From assembly GCA_013265495.1 (NCBI GenBank), contig MU059377.1, forward strand, positions 13,619,273 through 13,683,272: a DNA stretch of 64,000 bases, given 5' to 3'. Shown in pieces: positions 49,927 to 60,010 of this stretch. The stretch's first letter is position 1, and every line of letters starts with the position of its first letter. A model generated the notes under the pieces. It saw nothing but the letters and a program-made list of their open reading frames with translations. It was not told the DNA's origin and ran no database searches. The position numbers and the translations under genes are program-made. The stretch comes from Vicugna vicugna. Taxonomy: Eukaryota.

Positions 49927-52917
49927 TGGCTTTGTATGTTTAATAATGACAAATCAAGAAACAACAATTCTGGGGCCCCTGGACCCTCATACGAATGCAT
50001 TTTTATCTTTAGCACTAATTCCTAACTTTGCCAAGTGGAATTTTTTTCTGCGTTCAGCATAAATAACATGGTAATGAAAAATGGTAATGTTGGCAACCCT
50101 GGGTTTCCTCGGGTCTCTTTCCATCATATCAACATGTAGACTTACTGATGGTCCCTCACATGAAAAAACTTACAAATAAATTCATACACAATCTCTTTGG
50201 TGAAGGTTCAAATGTCTTGGGTTTCACGGCCAAATATTCAGTCTGTTGAGTGAAAACTCTTTTGGACCTGAGATTCAGGGGCCTGTTTCAAATCTGGACC
50301 TGTTTGAAACTCTAACCTGTTTACTTTCTGACTTTGTCTTCTGTGTCTCCCTTTCTTGCCTCTACTTCTAGCAAGATTATCCTATCAAAAAAAAAAAAAA
50401 GCATTTGAGTTTTTCAAACAGAAAGGAAATGGTTTCTGACTGGTATGTTCTAAGCTTTTTCAGTGTATTTGGCTGAATGGGCACAAACTGCCACTAAAAG
50501 CCAGCTAATTTATGGAGTCAATCACTAAGGAAAATATGTAGATTCAGCAGTTGTAACTCTCCAAATGGACAATAAGAGAAAAGACTCTGAATTTTACAAT
50601 CATGCACAAACTAATGTTCCATTTGAGTTCTGTATATTTCTCCTCTTTAGAATTCACCTATGTGGTTAAGAATTACGGAGTGTACCTTCTACTTCCAAAC
50701 TTGTTGGTACCAAGGGAGCGTGCTAGGTTCTGGAACACCATACAGCTTATCCAGGCCTGTGTGCTAAAAGTAAATTATGTACCTAGAATGAAACTAGTGG
50801 GTCAAAGCCACTGGGCATCTCCCTCTGTTTCCCTTATCTCCAATAATCAACTCCTGTGTGAGGGAGTTATTCAAGCACCTCCCCATGAGAAGTAAGAAAC
50901 ACTGTATATGATTACGTTGCCTTTAAAGGAGTTAATTTTTTGAAGTCATAATTTTTAATTTTAACTTATTCATGAATGATGGTGATCACCTCTCAAGTTT
51001 TCATCAACAAGGCACTGGGAAAGGCAAAGTAGGAACCCACTGTTTGGGCAATTTGATCTCACCCTGGCGATCTAGCTGAATATCAAGCACCCATTACTTC
51101 ACCTCATCTGGGAAGGCTCAACCAAACCATACCTGGGCATCAGCATCAAATAAGCCCATCAGGGTCTAGAATGGGATGGGAGTCTCAAACCACTTAGACT
51201 TTGGCCAGTAACTCTAGATTAGCTTGGAATCAGCACTGATCTAACCATCTCTCATGGAAGTGCATTTTTGTATATGTAAGTTTTCTAAATTTATCAGGTA
51301 CTTTTCTGACAGTTTACAGAGATGCATGACAAATTCTGACCCTATTATTTGACGGGACACTTCATAGGGACTTAAACCACAATACACATATGTCTTTCTA
51401 AGTGTAATGGGGGTCAGACAAAACAGTCTGTTTCATTATCTTTCTATTTACCATGACATATTTTCATTGCTTTATGTGACATTCAGCATGAAATCGTATT
51501 GTATTGAAAGCTAAGCTGTGAGTTTCAGTATCCAGAAACTTTCAACTATCATTCTATCTTAACTTCTATGTTGTTATTATGATCACAATGAACTTTTACA
51601 AATAATAAAATAGATCCATACAGTTAGAGTCACTCAATTTAAAAAGCAAGTTGATAATAACAAGATTTTAGTGCACTTTTTGTATTTAAAAAAATAACTA
51701 AAATGCCTTGCAAACTTCGAATAAATATCTCGAGGCTATATGCATACTTGCAAGGAAGGTAAGCGTTCAAAAAACTCCTTCTGGAGTAAGGAAAACCTTT
51801 TCAAAACTTTTGTGTCTCCCCTAAAGCCAATAATACTGAGATGTGAAGAAGTCTGTTGATACTCTCACCAGGGGCTCTCCTATTGAAAGCAAAAGATTCT
51901 AAAGACACAGCTGCCTTCATAGCCCTAATACAAATGTTTCAACATTAATTAGTTACAGCAATGATTGATGCCAAGCATGTGGTTTCTAGAATGGGACAAA
52001 TAAAAGCATATACACACGTAAGTGTGCACATGTATCGTGAAATGGATCATTATTTCAAAAAGGATCCACCTCCTCTCTGCTACCTTTCCATCCTCCCTAC
52101 CTGCTTGGGTTCTACCACCTGCCGTATCCTGCAGACCTGGGAGGGGAGAGTTGGATGCAAATTATAAGGCAAGGAGAGCTGAGTGGTTTAAGGGTTAATC
52201 AGTGGCCAAATTAAGAAAATAATTCAGGAGTCCTGCTTCCGAGTCTCCTATCCTACCTCCAAAAATCAGTTTCTGCTTTTATATTCAAAACAGTCTAAGC
52301 TATTTGGGGTTTAATCAAATTTTCATAGGACGTGAACAGATAAAACACAATCCTTTCTCATTGCATTAATTTGATTTTTGTCTTTTGCGCTCCCAGCTAT
52401 CAAGACTGTCGAATAAACCAGTTTTGATTCATAAATTATAGTTCCATTATATCTCCNNNNNNNNNNNNNNNNNNNNNNNNNNNNNNNNNNNNNNNNNNNN
52501 NNNNNNNNNNNNNNNNNNNNNNNNNNNNNNNNNNNNNNNNNNNNNNNNNNNNNNNNNNNNNNNNNNNNNNNNNNNNNNNNNNNNNNNNNNNNNNNNNNNN
52601 NNNNNNNNNNNNNNNNNNNNNNNNNNNNNNNNNNNNNNNNNNNNNNNNNNNNNNNNNNNNNNNNNNNNNNNNNNNNNNNNNNNNNNNNNNNNNNNNNNNN
52701 NNNNNNNNNNNNNNNNNNNNNNNNNNNNNNNNNNNNNNNNNNNNNNNNNNNNNNNNNNNNNNNNNNNNNNNNNNNNNNNNNNNNNNNNGTGAACCCTGAA
52801 ACAACTGTGACAGCAGCCGAGCAGCCAGCTAGATTATCTCTGGGAGACAGAGGGGATTCTAATTATCCTGACCTCATTTTTTCCATCTATGATATTCATA
52901 AATGTGCCTTCTATTTT

Positions 52918-53165
52918 TTTTTCCAGAGTACGTATCTTTTTTTTTTTTTGAAGTATAGTCAGTTTACAACGTTGTGTTAGTTTCTGGTGCACAGCACAGT
53001 GATTCAGTTTTTTTTATCTATTTATATCTATATCTATATATATTCCTTTTCATATTCTTTTTCATTATAGGCTATTACAAGGTATTGAATATAGTTCTCT
53101 ATGCTCTACAGTAGGACCTTGCTGTTTACCTATTTTATATGTAGGAGTTAGTGTCTGCAAATCCC
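52918..53165 (-). mobile_element. 5'-truncated camelid L1 3' end with an 18-bp direct repeat (TSD)
   Basis: Homologous to 12280-12500. Flanked by aaatgtgccttctatttt at 52900-52917 and 53166-53183. Poly(A) appears as T-runs on the plus strand. Confidence 0.9.
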
Positions 53166-53416
53166 AAATGTGCCTTCTATTTTGCTTCCCTTTAGACCTG
53201 GACAAAGCTGCTTAGAAAGGGGGGGCAGATTTCTCTGTGCAGCTACTATTCCTGCAGCCCTTCCAGACAATAAAGTCAAAGAGGGGCCAAACATTACTCT
53301 CTGACCTTACAGAACGCAGACCTCTGATTCAGAGGGCTTTCCCTGAGGTATGGCTGGAAGGCAAGCAGTGAGTCTCACTAAGCAAACACCTGGTGAGAAG
53401 TGAGAGGTGGGCTTAC

Positions 53417-53759
53417 CTGTCGGGGTTCTGCGTGCACACATGCATCTGTAAGAGGATCCGCTGCGTAAAAGTCTTAAAGCACTGTCCACATTTCCAAAGA
53501 TGCCAGTCACTGAACTCCGAGTGGAGCTGGCTGGTGGAAGTCGGGCTCGCCAGGACTCGCTGGTTTTTCACGTTGATTTGGTTAAATCCTGATTCAATGG
53601 GCCCGGACTTATCCAGGAGGGAGAAGTTCCTGCTGCATGGAGTCTGTGGGAAGACAACGGAGCGCTGCTGGGTGGCAGGGGAGAGTTTGCTGTTCTTGCT
53701 GAAGGGCTGCAGGGCGTCCTGTCTGCACATGGCTTCCATGACTGTCGAGGGTACATTTA
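53417..53759 (-). CDS. PRDM6: PRDM6 coding exon (343 bp, phase 1-2): post-PR linker and first, degenerate zinc finger
   Basis: Acceptor tgttttcccAG (53761-53760), donor AG|GTaagc (53416-53415). Translation: [19 protein letters not shown]...[81 protein letters not shown](R), recognised as PRDM6. Confidence 0.97.
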
Positions 53760-54539
53760 CTGGGAAAACAGCAAGAGTTTGAGAAGATCAATTTTAGTAG
53801 CCCTGAAAATAAGCATAATAGCACACACTTCTAAAAAAATCCCTCTAAGTCAACATTTTAAAAATTGGTGTTTCTGGACTCACAATGAACAAAAGAACAG
53901 CCAATTTGATTTGAGGGGGAAATCACTGTTATTGCCAGTTAACTCAGTCAGTGCCTATTTATTAAGCAACTACTGTCTGCTCCAGGTTTTTCCTAACTGG
54001 TCATTGCCCTCACTTACGACTTGAGATAAAAAGACTCCATAACTGGGGGGATTTGAGCTCGGAGGCACAGCAAGAGACAGGGAGAGAAAATGGGGCTCCC
54101 TAGAGAGGGTGGCCTTCAGCATGGCAGAGAAGGTAAATTCAGGCCTTCAGAATTTCAGGCCTTTCAACAGACCCTGCCAGCACAGGACAGATTTTCAAGG
54201 AAAAGTGACTAAAGAGGTGAAGGCAACCATATGAAAGACACCTGGAGACAGAAGTCTGGTACGCTGGTGGGATGGTGAGGCAATCAGGCTGACTGAACAC
54301 AGTGTGGGTTTGCCAGCACTGTGGGAATAAAGGGTTGGGAGGGTAGACCTCAGAGGGCCTTTAATGTCCAAATAAATAAATACACAAAAGACTTCAGGCC
54401 TAAGAAATAGACACTGACTGTTTCTGAGCAAACGAATAGCAAGAAAAAAGAATCCATGTTTAGGGAAGGCTTGACAGAGGCAAAATTTACACGCAGGGTG
54501 CAGGCATAAGGTAAGAGTAGCAGGCATCAGAGTATGTGA

Positions 54540-54695
54540 TCACAGAGGATGGTGCTTGCAACTCGGGCTTTGGAATCAGAAAGACCTGTGTTCAAATCCT
54601 AACTCTGCCTTTTACTAGCCTGGTGATCTTAGGCAAGTTACGCAGTCTCTCTGTGCTTGTGTCTCCATCTGTAAAATGAGGACAATGAAACTAAT
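54540..54695 (+). mobile_element. MIR SINE
   Basis: ggctttggaatcagaaagacctgtgttcaaatcctaactctgcc ... tgatcttaggcaagtta ... catctgtaaaatgaggacaat. Confidence 0.75.
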
Positions 54696-54758
54696 AATTT
54701 TAAAAGTAATGGCATGGCTTAGTGGGTGAGATGGTCTAGATTTTAACTCAACTACCTA

Positions 54759-55078
54759 CAGCTGTCCCTTGGTATCCACGGCGGGGNNNNNNNNNNNNNN
54801 NNNNNNNNNNNNNNNNNNNNNNNNNNNNNNNNNNNNNNNNNNNNNNNNNNNNNNNNNNNNNNNNNNNNNNNNNNNNNNNNNNNNNNNNNNNNNNNNNNNN
54901 NNNNNNNNNNNNNNNNNNNNNNNNNNNCATGCAAATGCTAAGTAAATAGTTGCCAACATATGGCAAATTCAAGTTTTGCTTTTTGGAACTTTCTTAAATT
55001 TTTTTTCCCCAGAATATTTTCCGTCTGTGGTTGGTTGACTCTGCTGGAGCGGAAGCTGTGGATCCAGAGGGCTAACTG
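54759..55078 (+). mobile_element. MER2-like TcMar-Tigger non-autonomous DNA transposon (MITE)
   Basis: Imperfect terminal inverted repeats cagctgtcccttggtatccacgg / ctgtggatccagagggctaactg, preceded by TA. Contains an N-block at 54787-54927. Confidence 0.75.
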
Positions 55079-56109
55079 TGGGCAGGTATGGAATACCTAA
55101 ATCCACAGTTTAGTCCTCGGTAAAATGTAAAGTGGTCACGGGAAGGAGTGAGAGATAATGCACAGGCAGCAGCTAGTAAATGCCAAGGTTGTCACTCAAC
55201 AGATACTGAGTTCTATGAGCCCTGTCTTCCTCATCTTTAAACACCAGTTTGAGGTTTAAATGAGATAATGATAGTACTCATCACAGGGCCTACTATCAAT
55301 ATCAGTCACAATTCTTACTATTACAGAAGGAAAAGAGCCTCGAATGAAGGGAGATGGACCCAAGCGGGGTGGTGGCAGTTGGAGTGGGGAAAGAATGAGA
55401 AGAAACATTTTTGAGAAGGGAAACCTAATATATTTGAATTTTGTTTTTCTTTTTTCTTTGTCATTGTATTCATAATATACATCATGCGTTCACTTGTCAA
55501 CCCACAGGTTCAGAGGTGATGAGAATCTTTACATTATGCTTAAAAACTATTATTCTTACTTTAATTATCTACTCTGGCAATAAAATTTGTTTCTTGGTAT
55601 TTCAGGGATCATAGAGATTCAAGGTTACAGCATGGTCAAGAGAAGGAATTTAGAGACCAAAAAGTTTGAAAAGGATGATTGGCAAAAACGGTGGTGGTGG
55701 GAAATAAATGATGGCTGTTGACCATCGGGTTCAAGGTCATGTGAAAAGGAACACGTGAACTGGGTGCTCTCATTCTTCCCTGCAACAGACCATCTCTGAG
55801 ATTCCAGTGGAGCAAGAAAACTCAGGTGTCAACTACAAAAAGAGAACAAGAGAGGACCACTACCGCCAGGAGGCTCCATGCTTGAGTGGATATGTAGACA
55901 CCACGTGTGGCGGGGTTAAGGATGCCACTAAGGACTCTTCCACCCTGAGTGTTCTACACTTTCACATGTATTAGATGAATCCAACAAATGGAACAGCTCA
56001 TCCTCTAGGGCTCTGTTGGCATGGCCCATTCTGTCTTATGAAGAAGAAATAAAGCAAGAGACTCACAGACCAGGAAAGAATGTGGAGTTTGTCTACTTGG
56101 TAGTTCTTT

Positions 56110-56240
56110 ATCCTGATTGTATATTATACTCATAGAGATTTTTTTAAAATACCAGAATCTCTTGGTAGTGCCTGGAAATCTGCACTTTAAGTTCCCCAAG
56201 TGCTTCTAATATAAAATCAGAGATGAGAACCACTGATCTA
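56110..56240. mobile_element. MER5-like hAT-Charlie remnant
   Basis: cctggaaatctgcactttaagttccccaagtgcttctaat ... gatgagaaccactgatctag. Confidence 0.55.
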
Positions 56241-56460
56241 GTCCTACCCTCTCTTATTACAAAAAAAAAAAAAAGCTGAAGCTCAAGCAGGTCTAATAAC
56301 GCGTCACACATTCAGTTAAGGTCACAGCTAAGCTGGAAGCTTTAGCTTTCTTTCTGATGTGCAGGGTATTTTTTTTTTTTTTGACCATACTCCTATTCTA
56401 TGTCTGCTCAATTGCTGTGGTGCAAAAATAAAAAGGACATTTTACAGCTAGTACAGACAT

Positions 56461-56560
56461 TTGTGTGTGTGTGTGTATACACATATATAAATATACGTTA
56501 TACAGGCATCTATGTGTGCACACATACACATATTTATGTACATGTCTATATTTTATATAT
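56461..56560. repeat. Decayed (TG)/(TA)/(CA) purine-pyrimidine microsatellite
   Basis: tgtgtgtgtgtgtgtatacacatatataaatatacg ... tatgtgtgcacacatacacatatttatgtacatg is directly visible. Confidence 0.75.
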
Positions 56561-57959
56561 AAGTATTTATGAATAATTTCAACTTTTGTGGCAAAAGTGT
56601 ATAATCAATATGAAATGTGTGCACACATTTTAGACTTTCAAAAAACCTTTGTACACAGACTGTTAGTTTTAAAATATATATTGAAAAATAAGGAGAAATG
56701 TCTTATGTTTTCGCTCTTTCTTAATAAAAGACAAAAACAGCAGCATTGTCACAGACGAGGGTAGAACCCATCTTACTTAGCCTGTTTATAACTAATCTGG
56801 AAGAGACAAAGCACAGGGAAACCCACAAGTTTTCAGGCAACACTAAGCTCTTGCAGGCTAGGAAGGCCAGACTAGCAGGAAGGAAGACAGGGTGGGGAGA
56901 CTGCGGAATGAAGATGTCATCAACATGCAGGAGGGCAGGAAAACCAGCCAGAAAGGAAAGCTTTCTGCTAGAAAGAGGAATATGATGCCTCCGGGGAAGT
57001 CACACAAATAACACTGTAAGTAGAGACTGTAAGTGCTGACTTCTTACTTAAGCCCCTGGAAAGTAACCGAATAAATTAATTCTCAAAAATTATTAAGGTC
57101 ACAGAACCTTTCTATTAAACAAAAGAATATGCGGGCCAATGGAATTTTTCTAAGTTTAATAATCAATGTCAAAACAGTAATAAAGAAAAATGTCTACCAG
57201 TTTGTATAACAATCTGGGATAACGGGATCTGAGTTAATGATGATAGCATTTAGGCCGTAAGCATGGAGATGGCTGGAATAAAATGATTCTCTGTCTTATT
57301 ATTTTCTCCTATGGGACACCTCTAAACAAATATAACACGTTTTTGGGACACAGTAGCAATGCTTGCTCTTTCTACTTTTGGCATGATCCTTTATTGTACT
57401 TGGGAATTAATTTAATTCTACTGAATGAAATGAGCTAGGAACAGCCTTAATAATTTCAGGTAATTTTCACAAAAGCAACCATATTTGACCCCAAAGCTGC
57501 CCTGCAGAGCCCTCACACACTTCCACAGGACCGGAGAGGTCAAGCTACAAAGCATACTTTTTTCAGCAGGACTTAAAGGACACAGAGGATCACTCTTCCT
57601 AAAAACCAGTCTGATTGGCCCAACAATTCAAAGTATTAACAAAACACAGGGAATTCACAGAAAGAGAATAGAAAATGAATCAGAAAACACTATCATATCC
57701 CAACCCAAGATAGGACAAACTGCAAGAGGCCAGAAGTGACTAATGAAAAGACCAAAAGGATGAAGAGATTTCTGTCTGAAGACGTACTGAGCAAGTAAAA
57801 TCATTTCAGTCTATAAGACAGAGATTAAGGGGAAGAGGGCAAACTCTCAAAGCCCTAAAGGATTTATAGTCAAGGAGGATAATCAACTCATCAAATTTTA
57901 CAGAACTACAACACTGAGAGAGTGAAATGCAGGATCCATAAAACAAAGTCCTACTTTAC

Positions 57960-59590
57960 TCCCTCATCCATTCACTCAGTCCACAAGTGCTTACTGAGTA
58001 TCTATGACGTGCCTGACACTGCTGGGGCTGTGGACACAGGGGAGCGAGAGTTACAGCTCCTATTCTCAGGTCACTTAATCTTTAGTGAGAGAGACAGATA
58101 TCACACAAATGCTCTTACAGGTAAATACTGACTCAGTTTCATCAGATCTAAAATTCCATTCATTTTAAGTCACACCATCAATTGTAAGTCTCCCTGCATT
58201 GTGAGATATTTGCCAGGTCCAGAAAGATTAAAATGTGAAAAATATGTGAATTTGAGAACTGACAATATTCAGTTGCTCCAAGTGTAATAAGTGCTATGAT
58301 AGAAAAGAAACGGGGCCAAGAAAACGTCTGTCAGAGATGGCTAAACCTGGGGTGGGAGAGATGGCTTCCCTGAGGTACTGACCCTGAGTGTGAGTCCTGA
58401 AGATGCGCTGGCATCAGATGGGGGCAAAGCAGGGAAAAGGCGATATGAGAGGAGATGGACTGTTGGCAGCTGTGCCACTGAGTCTGTGTGGCACACGAGG
58501 TAAGAAGGAGCTCAGGACACGGAATGGAAATAGGTGAGGGGAGGGAGGTTAATACAACAGAGGATGGTGGGGTCTGTAGAAGACTAAATAGAGCCAGGCT
58601 AGTCTGAAGATGTTTGAATTCTCATTTTGTAAAACAGTATGTGAGCCATACGAATATTTCTGGAGACTACGTAGCCCATTGGCTATCATATTAAAGAGGT
58701 GGGGACTGAGATGAAAAAGAGTATGAAAAAGTGTGTGTGTGTGTGTGTATAAATGAATTATTATGCTGTACACCAGAAACTAACACATTATAAATCAACT
58801 ATACTTCAATTAAAAAAAAAGAGTAATGCCAAACCAAAAAAGGGTTTTAAGCTAGGGTATGAGGTCATCAGATTGATACTTTAAATGCACCATCACTCTA
58901 TATCATTAAATGAAAAAGTGAGGTGCAGAACAAAGTATATAGTATTACTATCTGAATAAAAGGGGAAGGGCAGAGTGAGAGCCCAAGAAAGAGTGTGAGA
59001 ATATGCTCGAATTCAAGAATGGGCAAAAAATACGCCCAGAAGGACACCAAAGAATCTGTCAATGGATTGCCTCTTGGGCGGACAATTACATGTCCACAGT
59101 ACTTTCTGGATTTTGATCTATGGGACCAAACTCTCTTTTAACAAAACATGTGAGTAAACTGAGACAATAAAATCAGCAAATCAGTGAAACTCCACTTTTG
59201 CTGCTGTGATACCAAAAGAGGGAAAATGTGACCTGCAGGAGGCTACCGCAGGGGTCCAGGCCGAAGCTGATGGGGAGGCTGATCAGGAGGTGGCAGTAGC
59301 AATGAAAAGAAATGTATTTAAGAATATACAAGCAACAGGGCTTTCTAAATGCCTGGACAGAAGGGTGAGGAAGAGCGAGGTGTCAAGGTTTCTAGAAAGA
59401 GCAACTGGATGAATGAGAGTGAGAGGTAATGCACTAGGGGAGAGGCAGCTTGGGCGACAGAGTAGAATGGTTTTGGTTCTGAGATGTCTGTGAGACATGC
59501 AAGTGCAGATGGAAATCAGACAGGTGGATGGGAATCTGGGGCTCCAGTGGGAGAGGTCTGGATTGCCAGTATAAATCTGGGAGCACCTGT
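57960..59590 (-). mobile_element. Fragmented L2 LINE interrupted by younger insertions
   Basis: Antisense L2 3' end (tccattcactcagtccacaagtgcttactgagtatctatgacgtgcctgacac) and further L2 body pieces at ~58270-58500, ~58830-58880 and ~59200-59590 (gagatgtctgtgagacatgcaagtgcagatggaaatcagacaggtggat). Confidence 0.65.
58724..58815 (+). mobile_element. Very short L1 3' end with internal (TG)n and a 10-bp TSD
   Basis: tgaaaaag(tg)n...attatgctgtacaccagaaactaacacattataaatcaactatacttcaatt plus poly(A). aaaaagagta is repeated at 58714-58723 and 58816-58825. Confidence 0.75.
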
Positions 59591-60010
59591 CTTAAGTCAG
59601 GTCCTTGGGAAACAGAATCTGAAATGGAGATTTGCAGTTTTGTGTGAAGGAAGTTTACTGGGGAGTGAAATGAGTGAAGACTTTGGCAAGGGCGATCAAT
59701 AGCTCTGGAGGGCCTTCAGAGCTGTTCTGCTTTGGGGTAAGGGAAGCAGTCCTTCCTACCCGCCCACACTGACCAGTCATTGGACACAGGCTACGTGGGG
59801 AGGGAACATGACTGGGGGTAAAGCAGCTCTCAGAGGCTGAAGGCAATTCAGCTGTCAGCTGTCCCCAGAAGTAGGGGAACAGGGGCCTCAATCCTAAAGC
59901 AAGGTTGGGATCTAGGCAGGACACCACACCATCCCACAGCACCCAAGAGGTCAAATCTCTCATGATGGTAGGTTCCTATGTCCTCTGCCACTTCCTTCTG
60001 GGAAGGTGTT
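59588..60010. mobile_element. Ancient ERVL/MaLR-class solo LTR (LTR16-like)
   Basis: tgtcttaagtcaggtccttgggaaacagaatctgaaatggagatttgc ... ggccttcagagctgt ... gaccagtcattggacacaggctac ... gcagctctc resembles recalled ERVL LTR consensus. The subfamily is uncertain. Confidence 0.5.

Noticed and set aside
52918-53165. Sense-oriented L1 tail near a PRDM6 donor as a premature poly(A) site
   Set aside because: I see no AATAAA/ATTAAA upstream of the A-run on the minus strand (cttcaaaaaaa), so there is no sequence support.
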